A stretch of DNA of 64,000 nucleotides from Cyanophora paradoxa CCMP329 (Eukaryota; Plantae; Glaucophyta), in NCBI GenBank assembly GCA_004431415.1, contig QPMI01000273.1, forward strand, positions 13,965 through 77,964, in the 5' to 3' direction. Position numbers and translations under genes: made by a program. Numbering within the stretch: the first letter of the stretch is position 1; every line of letters begins with the position of its first letter. Below the pieces are notes generated by a model that saw only the letters and a list, made by a program, of their open reading frames with translations, ran no database searches and was not told the origin of the DNA. Positions 20,801 to 32,700 of this stretch are shown here, one piece after another.

Positions 20801-21528
20801 TCCTCTGACGGGCGCGCTCCTCGGGGCGGCAGCTGATGGTGGGCGAGTCGTACGAGGCGCGCATCTACTCGAGCGCCTTCCCCGCCGGCGCCTCCTGCCC
20901 GCTGCGCTTCCGCGTGCGGCGGGCGGCCACGCCGAGGATCGCCGCCGGCCCCGCGAGCCCCGGCGAGATCGCCGGCGTCGTCGGCGGCTCCCCGGACCCC
21001 GTCCCCGTCGACCTCAGGTGCCGCCCCGCCCCGCCTCGCCCCGCCCCCGCGCGCCGCCAGGGGCCCGACGCGCCGGGGGGCCCGCGCCCCGGGGGACAGC
21101 TTTGCGCTGGAGGACGGGTGCGGGGACCACGCGCGGGCGTGCCGCCTGGTCGTGCGGGCGGCGGGGACCCCGCCGTGGGCGCCGGCGGCTCCCTCGCCGA
21201 CCCCGACGGCTCCCCGCGCCTCCTCTGGAACCAGGCCCGCAGCCCGGCCCGGCCCGGCCCGGCCCCCGCGGCTCGGGGCGGCAGCTGACGAGGGCGGGCA
21301 GACGTGCTCGGGGGACCTCAGGCGGGTGCTCCTGAGCCCCTACATCCGCCCCGAGTCCGCCCCCGCGCCCTTCGAATTCATCTTCTTCGCTCACGGGGCG
21401 CGCGCAGCGCGGCGGGGGCGCCGGGGGCCGTGGCGCGGACGTACCAGGTGGCCCTCACCTGCTCCTACGGGGCCGGCGCCGTCGCCTCCGCCGCCTGGAG
21501 CATCCCCCTCCGCCGCCCCCAGCCCTGA
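14853..21528 (+). CDS. Subtilisin-like S8 serine protease with I9 prodomain and long Cys-containing C-terminal extension, many introns; start uncertain
   Basis: I9: HYIVGLKD...LRGFSA; catalytic VYVIDTG, FHGTAVAS, AAGN, FSNWG/CVDLFAPG, GTSYAAALVAGAAALY; further exon-like blocks run to the stop at 21528. Confidence 0.85.
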
Positions 21529-21844
21529 GCGCCGGCCGGGGCACGCCGGCACGCCTTCGCGACGGGGCACGCCGGGGCTCAGCGTTCCATTGGTTTGATT
21601 TTAGTTCACGATTTTAGTTTTAGTTGATTTTTTTTGGTTTGCACTGCGAAATCGATTAGTTCACGAGTTTATGCTATGTTCAGGTCGATGACAGCATGTG
21701 CTCCTAATTGTGCATGCCCAGCCTTCATCATGATCCTGAATATTTCTGTCGAGTCGAACAGTATACGTATACGTAGTTAGTGAATCTCGAACTTGAATTC
21801 GAAGGTCGCAAATTTAAATGGAATTTCCGCGAAGTTGCTATTCC

Positions 21845-23200
21845 GCGCCGCCTCCCTCCGCCCCGCCCCGCCCCGCCACGTGCCCCTCTTCGCCCTGCAG
21901 CTGCCCCCGCCCGCCTTCGAGCTCGCCGCCCCGCCCCCGCCCTCCTCCGCCAGCCCCCGCCCCGCCCGGGCACGGGCCCCGCTTCCTGCCGCCGGCCCCC
22001 TCGGCCCCGCCGCCGGCCCTAAGGTCCCTCCTCGAGCAGCTCGCCGCGGGCCCCGCGGCGGCGCGCGGGCCCCTCGGGCGCTCCCTCTCGGCCCCGGCGT
22101 CGCCCTCGGGCCCGGGCCCGGGCCCGGGGCGGGCGTGGACCCGGCGCTGCCCGTGGGCCCGGGGCCCTCGCAGGAGGCCTTCGCCGCCGCCCTCGCCGCC
22201 CCGCCCGCCCGCCCTCGCCCTAGCGCCCCGCACGTGCACCCCCTCGCCGCCCCCGGAACACCGCAGGCGCGTGCACGTGCACGGCAGCTTCTGCGCGCGC
22301 GCGTGCGGCCGGCGCGCTGATCATGACGGCGCGCCCGCCGGCAGCTGCAGCCGCAGGGGAGGAGGCGGCCGTGGGGCCGGCGGCGTACAGGGCGGAGCTC
22401 TTCGCGGGGCCGACGGCGCGCTGCAACTCGACGACGCGGAGCCTCGCCGGCCTCCCCCGGGACCTCCACCGCGTCCGCTTCCTCGTCGACGCCTCGAGCT
22501 CGGCCCCCTGCATGGCGACTTAGGCCTCCTGCTCCGGCGGGTGGCCCGCCTGCAAGGTGGTGCGCTGCAGCGCTCGTAGCGCGGTCCCCGTTCTTCTGAG
22601 CTCGCGGTCGCGCAGGGACGAGTGCTCTGCGCAGGTCCACGGAGTTCCGAATCAATACAAAAGTTTTCACTCCCGCGCCGAGGCCGAGCAGTGGCTGCGC
22701 GACGGTCCGCCGCCCCCCGCGCCGCGAGCGCCGCCGGCCGCCGCGCCGTTACCACTCGCGCCCGCCGTGTCGAGCCCCTACTGGTCGGGCGCGAGCCTGC
22801 CTCCCCTCCGCCTCGTCCTCCTCCGCTCCGGCCCCCGCGGTCGCCCCGCCGCTGCCGCTGAAGCGGGCGCGGGCGGAGCCGCCGCCGCCGCCGCCGCTGA
22901 TCATGAAGCGGGCGCGGGCGGAGCCGCCGCCGCCGATGCGGGTGGACTCGCAGTGTACGCCCCCCGCCACCCCGCCACCCCCCCCCCCCCCCCCCCTCCC
23001 CCCTCAAGGGCCACTCGGGCGTCCCGGGCAACGAGCTCGTCGACGCGATGGCCGCCGCCGCCGCCGCCATCGGCGCCCGCGCGGGGCCCAGCGCGACGAG
23101 GGCCCGCCGCCGCCCTCCGCCTCCTCGGGCGGCCCGCCGCCGTGCCTCTGCCCCTCGAGCCCGTCACCAAGCGGCCCGGGCCCCGCCCGGGCTGCCGCTG
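21845..23200 (+). pseudogene. Mosaic of PLAC8 3' end, subtilisin internal exon and RNase H1-like fragments
   Basis: 21845-22223 is similar to 7535-7914; 22265-22556 is similar to 17436-17721; 22616-23200 has DECSAQVHGVPNQYKSFHSRAEAEQWLR and GNELVDAMAAAA; inserted stop codons. Confidence 0.8.
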
Positions 23201-23870
23201 AGCCGCCGCCCCCGGGCCCGCCCCCGCTCGCCGGGCTCCAGACCCCTTCCCCTCTTTCTCCTTCTAGATCTGCTTCTCTCCTTTGCTGTTCCTCTTCTCT
23301 CTTCGGTGCTCCAAGGCTCTCTCACACACCGCCTCTCCGTCCTTTGTGTCGTCCCTTTCTCTCTTCCGCTCCCGTGCTCCTTCAAGCTGCCCTCTATCTC
23401 CTCTAGATCTTCTCCTTCAATTTCCCCCTCTGTCCCCTCCTCTTCCCTCTCTCCTCTCCTCTCGTCTCCTTAGGCTAGGCAGGGCTCCTGTAGCTCGTCT
23501 AGAAGCTCCAGCGCAGCGAGTTGGCACGCACGGTGAGCGCCTCGCGGAATAGCGCCAGAGCCTGCAGCCGCTCGCTCATCCTGTACCCGGGACTCGGCAG
23601 GTCGGCTTGCAATTGCAAGCGCCGCAGCTCGCTCAGGTTCGTGCAGAGCGCCTGCGCGCACTAGAGATGCGGCGGGCGATGCGGACTCGCGCGTGCGCGC
23701 GAGGAATAAGGAGCGCGAGCCGAATTCCAAAACGGAGCGGATTTCGCGCTTAGTTTCGCGCCGAGGCGCTCCCCGCATCGCCCAGCAACTCTTCCTTATC
23801 GTTGGATTTCGCGCAGGCGTTCTTCTTCGTCCACCACGCGAGATTTCGCGCCAAGGCAGGCGAAGAAGCA

Positions 23871-25487
23871 ATGGCGAAGAAGAACTACTACGCCGTCCGC
23901 AAGGGTCACAGAACGGGGATCTTCACAGACTGGTGCGCATGCGCATCTAGATCTACAGCTTCCGCGGTGTCCGCTCGCAAGATTTGATCGGGCCCCTTCG
24001 CACAGGGACGAGTGCAAAGCTGCGACTACTGGTTACAGCGAACCTAGTTTCCGAGGCTTCAGGACGCGCGTGGAAGCCGAGGAGTGGCTCCGGGGTTCGC
24101 CGACCTCCGATGCCGCTCAAGCGGCGTGCTGACCCGCATGATCGCAGGGGCCCCATCTCCGCTCTGCGGGAACTTCGCGAGGGGCGCCTGCAACGACGAC
24201 ATCCACTGCCCGTGCGACCCCTAGCCGCGCTTCTGAACCGATGCGGACCTCACGCCGACGCAGGGACCGGCACGAGATGCCGCCAGTGGCGGCGGCGCCA
24301 ACGCGGCAGCTGCAGCCGGCGGTCGCGCGCTGGTCGGCCCCTGCGCATGCATCTGGATGGGGACTCCCGCCGCGCAGCAGCCCGCATGGCCGGCTGTCGG
24401 CTCCCGCCGCTCTGGCGATCGCTGGGACAAGCGGTCCCTTCGGCCGCGATTCCCGCGGCCTCCTGCCGCCTCCCGTGCTCGTGGCCGTGCCTGTCGAGAG
24501 CTCGTCTCCCGCCCGGCGGTGCGCTCGACACGTTTTGCCCTCTTACCGCCCGGCCCCGGGATCTGACGTCGCGCGCAGGGGGGGCCTTGAGGAGCCCCGC
24601 ACGGCAAAGCGGGCGCCCCCGGCAGCGGCTCCGTCGCCGCAGGCGCTGCACGTGAAGCGGGCGCGGGCGGGGCCGCCGGCCGACGCGGCGATCGGCGAGG
24701 ACGACGCCGTCATCTTCGCGTGCGGCCCCTTCGATTTCGCCCCCCTCCGCGCGTCCGTCCGACCCGCCGCGCAGGGACGGCGGCTGCTTCAAGAGCGCCG
24801 GCCCCGGCCCCGGCGGTGCGCTCGCGGCTGGAGGCCAGACGCGCCTCGAGCTGACGGTCGGCAGGCTGGGCGTACGCGCTGGTGCTGCCGGCGAGCGCGC
24901 CGGGGACGGGGGCCCACGAGGCGGCGCTGCGGGCGCGGAGCGGCTTCGACGCGGCGACGACGAACAACCGAATGGAGCTGCGCGCCGCCATCGAGGGCCT
25001 CACCGCCCTCCCGCAGGGCTTCCGCGGCAGGCAAGCGGTCGTCTCCCTTCCGAGCCCCGCCCGCAGCCGGCCTGACTCGGCCGCAGGGTGCACCTGTACT
25101 TCACGTCCCACTGTCCGCCGCCCGCCCTCCCGCCCGCCCCGCTGCCCCAACGCCGGCGCAGTCGTGATGAAGGGCCTGACGGAGTGGGTGGCGGCCTGGA
25201 AGCGGAAGGGCTGGCGCACGCCCACTGCAGACGGCGAGCGGCCCGTCGCGAGCGAGCACCTGTGGGGCGAGCTGGAGGCGGCGGCGGCCCCGCACGCCGT
25301 CTCCTGGCGCTGGCTCGACCCGAGGGGGCAGCCCCGCGCCGCCGGCTGCGAACTCGTCGACGCGATGGCCGCCGCGGCCGTCGCCGCCCGCGCCGGAGAG
25401 CAGCGCGCCAAGGGCGCCTCTGCCGCCCTCCGCCTCTGCCGCCCCGCCCCGGCCGTCCCCGCCCTCGCGCCCTCCTCCTTCCCCTGA
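23871..25487 (+). CDS. RNase H1-like protein (N-terminal hybrid-binding domain plus RNase HI domain), multi-exon
   Basis: MAKKNYYAVRKGHRTGIFTDW/DECK...FRTRVEAEEWL; IFA-DGGC; TTNNRMELRAAIEGL; WVAAWKRKGWRT; LWGEL; ELVDAMA. Confidence 0.9.
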
Positions 25488-26762
25488 GCCCGATCCGCCC
25501 TCCTCCTTCCCCCGGGCCTGATCAACGGGCCGCTGTAGGGCGGAGCTCCCTCTGCTGTAGGGCGGAGCTCGAGTGTAGCGCTGATATCTAGATCTATAGA
25601 CAGCACTGTCAGCTAGCTATGGGCTCGGCCGCGAGGGGCAGCGGGGGGGGCTGCAGCTGGCAGGGAGCCGAGCGGCCCTCCATGCGCTCTCATACGGGCC
25701 CGGGGCCCGCGTGGGGCCCGGCCCCCTGCGGAGGGGCGGAAGGAGGGGGTCGGAGGGGCCGAACCACGCCCCGCACAGCGGCACGCATGCGCAGGATCCC
25801 GGAGAGGAGGCCGGGGGCCGGCTTGGCGCCGGGGAAAATATTTGAAGCCGAGTACGACGGCGAAGTTGACGTCGTTGCAATATCGATTGCGCAGGAATAT
25901 AGTCGACGCTCATTTATAATTAGTCGGGACCGCCCCCAGCGCGTGCGATTATTTAGTCGGGACCGCCCGGCCCAACTAGCTATAGTACTGCCCCCCCCGA
26001 ATGCTTTCAAGTCAACGTTTCCCCGAATGGTAATGCAAATGGGGCCTACTCGAATCCACTTGCAATTGAATTCCGAAGGCCTCGACCCTTCGAGATCGAG
26101 CGACGCATTGCAAAACGCTCTGTCGCGTCCTACTTTCCCTTCCAAAGGAATGGGCAACCTGGCAGCTGCGCCTTGACGATGAGTTGCCAGTGCACATGCG
26201 CGATGGAGTCGAGTAGATCCAGATGCAAGTGCAATCGATATCGTCATGTGCACGAGCTAAAAAACCCCCGTTTGCGCAGGAGCTCGAATATGTATATATG
26301 TACAGCGACGCTAGATCTTTTGGTGACTGTATCGCAATCGACGGCGCCGGCGCCGTCGACGTCGTCGGGGGCGCCATCGTTAATCATTGAATGCTGGCGC
26401 CGGCGCCATCATTGATCTGTTTCGATCATTCACCCGTTGACCGAACCTCGCTCCCTAGGCCTGTAGGCACTGGGGAGGGAGGGGGGGAAATGGGCAGGGG
26501 GGGCAGGGGGAGAGGGACAGACGGGGGTACAAGGGGGGGAAAGAGGGGGGGGGGGCAATCTAAGGAAGAGGCGGGGGACGAGACCTAAGAGGCGGGCCCC
26601 CCTCTCGCTCAGCAGCTGATCATGATCAGGATCATGCATCTGAATCAAAAACAAAAATCAAAATCGAAGCCTCGCTCTTTTAATTTGTTTGCTTGCCAGT
26701 CGCTAGACTGGCTCCTCACGTTCAAATTCTTTAATTTATTTACTACGGGATCCTTGCGAATA

Positions 26763-29700
26763 TTACTGAAATAAATAGAGTTGCATAGGCCGCGGCCGGG
26801 CGGAGGGGGGCCTGGGGCGGAGGGGGACGCCGGCGAGGCGGACGGGGCAGCGGGCGGGGTCGAGGAGGCGCGCGTTCCCCGCGAGCATGCGGCGGAAGAG
26901 GGCGAGCCCCCCCTCCGTCCTCCGTCGCCTGCCGGGCAGCCTCCCGCTCAACGAGCGGCAGCCGCGGGGGGCGGGGGCGCGCGCGGGCCTTGATGACGTG
27001 GAGGGCGCGGTTCCGGCCCGGCCCGTCGCGGGGTCGCGCGTCGCCGCCCGGTGCAGCCGGGCCACCTGCGGCCCCCGGCCCCTCTCAGAAATCAAGACAA
27101 CAATCAACAGCCCGATCGCGAGCTCGGGGGGCCGACGGGCCGGCCGCGGGGAGCCTGCCTGCTCGGGCTCCAGCCGACTCTCGGGGTCGGCAGCATCCGT
27201 GTACCCCACATGCAGCAGGGGCGCCCCGCCGGGGGTCCGGAGCAGCGCCTGCCGCAGCGCCCGACGGATCCCGGAGTAAATATTTTAATGCAAACCGAAT
27301 CGGTTTTCGGCATTAGACTCAAATATGTGCGCCCTAGACCTTCAATGTCGAATTGGACTGCAGCTGCTGGCCCGACCTGGATGTGGATTGCGACGTCCGC
27401 CGCTTGGGTGCCCTCGACGGCGCGCCCGTGGTGGTCCAGGCCCTCCTGCGCATACACTGCCGTCAGACGAGTGCACCCGGAGCCCGCCTGCACCCTGCAC
27501 GCGGCTCATGCAATGCTTTAATTTCGAGGGCGAGTTGTGATTGCCGTCGACCCGGTCGAGTTCACGGCGGCGACTCGGAGCTGAAAGGCAGCGGGGGCAC
27601 CTTCACGAACTTGACGAAGAGTATGGAGATGGACTCTTTCAGGTCCCGCACCGCGCTCCCCGTGGGGGGCGGGGCGCGGGCCCGGGCCCCGCCCCACGCC
27701 CAGGTACGCCGCCCGGTCCAGCACGCGGCTCGTCCCGGAGGGGGGTCTCTGAGGGGAGGGCGGGCGCGGACAGGTGACTCCCCACGTCCTGCCGGCGCCC
27801 CCGGAGTCGGCGATTCGAATCGCGAGGCCGCGAGCGCAGCGCACTTGAATGCTCTGTGCGTCGAGGTCGCCCCACGGGGCGAACGTGGCGAGGTCTGTGC
27901 GCACAGGGTCCGCCGCAGGCACCTGTAACGCATGCGCATGCGCGAAAATCAGTTGATGTCACGATCAGCCAACGCAAAATTAAATCTGAAGCTTCAGGAA
28001 ACGTGCACGCAGGTCTTCAATTTTCCCAAACATGCTAACATTTGATTATAAACCGTAAGCAACATTCGCACCTTGCTGAAAATGAGCACATCGGATGCGT
28101 GCAATTTCGATGGGACTTGTCCCTTACATTTCGCCTTGTGCCCCCCATTCCAGTCATTCTTCTGACAGTTGCGTCCACAGTACCAGGCACTCTTGCATCT
28201 GCTCAAAAATTCAGCTACATGTACATGTGGATTCCTGACAAGCTTATATAATTAAGGGACACGCTAGCTATAGGGATAAATACCGAGAGCAACTGGAGAG
28301 CGGGGGATCGGAGGCTCCGCGAAGGCGGCCGCAGCCGTCGCAGCGGTCGCGCTCGCGCGCAGAGGGGCTGCGGGGCGCCGCGGGGTGCGAGAACGCCACG
28401 CGGGCCTCGCAATCGCGATCGTGCTCTCCGCCGGACCCTGCCGGCGGTTCGAATTCAGCACGGGATCGGAACCCTGCAACACCCCGGCCTGCGTCCGCCG
28501 ACGAATGCGCTGACCCCAGCGCAGGAGGGCGACGTGGGGCGACTCCATGACGACGCTGAGGTCGGGGGCGGGCGCCACGAGGCGAACGGTGTACCCGTCC
28601 ACGCGCTCCTCCACCTCGCGCACGCGGGGCGGGGCCGGGGCGGAACCCAGGGCCGGCGGCAGGCGGCGGGCGTGGGGAGGGAGGGGAGCGGGGGGCGAGG
28701 CGAGGGGGTGGGCGCGGTGGAGAGGGGGCGTGCCGGCGAGGAGGGGCATCCCCGTCTCGTCTCGCCGCCCGTGAGGCCGACCTCCGTGCCCCCGCTGCGC
28801 GCGCGCGCCTCCCAGTCCAGCGGGGCGAGGAGGCCGACCGCGCACAGCTGATCGTCGGCGTCGACGCACTCGAACGCCGCGGCGTCGGGGGCGGGCGGGA
28901 ATGCCCCCTCCTCCGCGCTGGCCGCGTCCGCCCAGGTGAGGGACGCCGCCCCGACGGCCGCGACGAGGCGGAGCGAGGGGCAGGGGGCCGGGGGAGGAAG
29001 GTAGGGCCCCGGCGGCTCGCCCTTCGCCACCAGCGGAGGCGCAAAGGGCTGCGGGACGCCGCTGGCCTGGAGGTAGACCAGGGGCGCCTCTTCGATGCCA
29101 GCAACCGCCTTCGCCACCCGCCACTGCTCCGCGTAGGAGATGCGCGAAAAGCCTCTCCCCGCCAACGCGCGGGCCGCGAAAAGCGCATCGCAGGCGCGCA
29201 GAACGGCCGTCGCGTCGGCGGAACGGCCGGCGGCGTTGCGGGCTGCGACCGTGAACAGGAGCGGGGTGGCGTGGTAGGGTGCGCCGGCTCTGTTCCCGAG
29301 GGCGGCGAGGGGCGGCTGGGCTGTGTGCCCGACGAGGGCGGCGAGGGCCGCGTGGATCGATGCCACCACCCTCGCGAAAAGAGACGGAAGTCGGGAGGCT
29401 TAAGCTTGAGAGCAGAGGCCGCTTCCAAAGCACCGTCACCTTCGCGGCGATCCGACATATTAGCTACAGGAAGAAGTTTGAACGGCAATCGCAAGGCGCC
29501 GCAATGTTCAGCGGACCTCCAGCGCCTCGCTCGTGACGAGTGTGCGTGCAGGATGTCCGGGCAGAGATGGCGGGCGCGTGAAGAGCTGCAACGAATCCAA
29601 ATCCTGAAAAATGTACGTGAATTCAGTGATTAACGTCCCTGCGTTCTTGAGAGTTTTCTTGAAGCTTAAGCAAATTACAGGCGCACTGTGGCGAGCCTGA

Positions 29701-32700
29701 GGCCGAGGAGGGTGGGCAGCAGCGCCGGCTGGAACCCCAGCTCCTCCTGTATGTATTCTTGCGGGTGAGCGTGCTGCGAGAGCCACTGCGAGAACTGTTG
29801 CGCGTCGCGGTGTTTCGTGTCAGGGCAAGAGCGGCTCGCGCCTTCATGGAAGTGGTGGCGATCGCAGCGTGGTCGGCTTCACGTAGCCGCGGGCCGCACG
29901 CGGCGAGAAGGGGCCAGAGGCCTGCAAGGCGGTCATAATAAAGGGCCACTGACTTGCCGTGCGCGTCAGTTGGGTCCGGGGAAGGGAATTTAACCTTGGC
30001 GCCGCGGCGAATCTGAAGATGTATACGTATACGTAGATATCGATCTAGAGAGCAGGGACTTCGGGAAAGGAACGTTAACAATTGCAAAGCCGCTGAGCTT
30101 GAGGAAGAAACTTGAAATGCAGAACTTAAGCTTAAGCTTTAGAGGGCGGTCCGACGGTCATCGAGCTGGAGGCTAGGGCAGAGGTAGGGCGCGGGCCCCC
30201 CCGGAGGCGGGGGATGGCTCGCAGGGCGCGGGCCGCCGGGGGCGCGCGGGGGATGGCTCGCACAGGCAGGGGATGGTGTGCTCCTGCGCAATCGAACCGC
30301 GGCCGCGGCCGTCGCGCGCGCGAGGCCCTGAGGCGCGGTGGGAGCACGGGTGCGCGTGTGCGCGGGTGTGCGGCTTGCAATTGCCTAGAGGCTGGCCTCA
30401 AGCTCCGCGCGCGCGCGATCTGCATGCGCGGGCAAGCCTGGGCGCGGGCGCAGGGACGCTGCTCGAGCTCATGATCACGCTCCGCTCATGATCATGATCA
30501 GAAAGCGGCCGGCAGCGGCTGCGCAGCGCTAGCGGGCCAGCTCAGCGGCTAGTGCGACCGGCTTAAGCTTGTGGCCCGCTCGCGCGCGGTCGGAGCGGCT
30601 GTGGCGTGCACGTGCGCGGCTGGCGCGGCTAGCGTCAGCAGATCTAGACTGCCGCGCGCGCGAGAGGCGTGACAGTTCAGATCATCGGCGCGAGAGCGCT
30701 GAGAGCGCGCGAGCTGAAGAGGAAGCGGCCGGATCCCGGAGGGAGAAAGCGGCCTGCGTTGCGTCGCGCGAGAGGCGTGACAGTTGAAGCCGCGGCCGGC
30801 GCAGAGCTGAAGAGGAATGCGAGTGCGCTAGTGCGACTGGCTTGTGGCCGAGCTCGGGTGCGTTGACCGTGTCGAACCGAGCCGAGCTGTGGCGTGCGCG
30901 GCTGGCGCGCGCGGCTAGCGATAGCTGCAGCAGAGTGCAGTTGAGCGCTATCCGATCATCGGATCGCGAGCTGTGCGGGAGTGAGAAAGCGGCCGGGCGG
31001 GGGCGGCGGGGGGGGGGAAGTGGTAGGGGGGGTTTGTAAAAAGACTTTCGCAGGGTAAGTTAACGCACTCTCCAATTTGATTGGCTAGCGCGCGCGGCGT
31101 CCTCCCACGCGACCGCGCTCGCGCCCGGCCTCGCTCTTGCAGTACGGAATGTCGAGCATGATGCGCGCAACGACCTCGAACTGGTTTGGCCCGTATATCT
31201 GAACCCTGTGCGTCCCTGGACCCGTTTTTGTCCCGGGTGTTGGTGCCTGTTCCTGGGTCACCCTTTGGTCGGACGGGACCGGGAGACATGGTTTCGGGAT
31301 CCCCTTGGGATGCGCTTGCAGGACGTACCGCGCGGCCCGGGTTTTGAGGAGGTCGGGGAAATGGGATTTGGGGTAGGGTTGGGCCCAAGGGACAGGGACA
31401 GGGGAAGTGTTTTTCCCTTCCCCAATTATGATTAGCCAGCCGAGGGCGATTGCAAGGCAAAACCGCGCGCGCGCGCCCTCGTTGTCGGCGAGGTTGGAGC
31501 AGTCGATGAAGTCGAAGCGGTGCGCAGCGGGCAGCGTCTCTGCGCCGCCGGCGCTCGCCCCTTCCACGCACAGCTGCAGGCCGTCCGCTGGGTACAGGGC
31601 GACAGAGACGCGGCCCGCCGCCACGGCGGCCGCGAAGGAGGCGGCGGCGCGGGCGAGGCGGCGGGTGGCGGCGCGGGAGAGGGCGCGCGGGGGCGGCTCG
31701 GCGAGAGCGTCGCGGGCGGAGGCGGGCGGGGCGGGGACGAGGCGGAGGGAGTCGGCGGGGGCGGCGGCGTCCGCGTGCGCGGCGAGCTCGTCCGCGGGGA
31801 AGACGCGGAAGGACTGCAGCCCGTGGTGCACGGGGCAGAGGCCCGCGGGCGGCGTGACGAGCGTCGGGCTGAGCAGGCGCGGGCCCGTGTCCGTGTCCGT
31901 GCCGTCGTCCGCCGAGATTGACAGGCATCGGAACCTGGTCGCATCGGAGCTTGAGCGTCCAGAAGCCGACTCGATCGCGAGCTCTTGCAAAACTAAAATC
32001 GCGGACCAGTCCTCCAGCTCGCGCTGGACGCTCGCGCTGGAGAGGAGGGCGGCGAGGCTGCGGCGGATGGAACCGCGGAAGCCGAGTTTGGGGTCGTTGG
32101 TGCGGAGGGCGTTGCCGGCGCCGGCGTCGCCCTGGCCGGCGAGCAGCATGCGGGAGACCCGGAGGTCGTGCGAGTGCCGCTGCACGCGGGCCTCCGCGAG
32201 CTCGAGGGACGGGAGGTACGAGTGCGGGGAGAGCCAGTACTGCCAGACTTCGCGGAGGAGGCGCAGGTCGCCCGCGCACGGGACTCGCAGCCAGGACGCG
32301 AACGGGGAGGCGGCCCAGGCGCCGGGCGAGGCTGCGGCGGCGACGAGGGGGCGGAGAGGAGGGCGTCGAGGCGGGCGCACTCGGGGGCGGGCATGTCGAG
32401 GCAGAACCAGAGGCGCCAGAGGAAGAGGGCGTTGGCCGGCGTCGGCTCCGAGGGCTCGCCCATGCCCGCCGCCACCAGAAGCAGAACGGAGTCCGGATCC
32501 CTGCCGCGGGGTCAGTCGGGACGAGAGGCGGGGGGCCCGGGGGCGGGAGATGAAAGCGCAAGGGGCCGCCAGCTGCAGCTGCAGACCGTGCGAGGATGCA
32601 GCGGTCGATGTCGCACAAGTGAAGGGCGAGCTCGAGGGGTGTCGACGGCGCGTGGCCGGCGCCGGCGCGCGGCTCGCGACCGCCGGTGCCCGCCCGCGCC

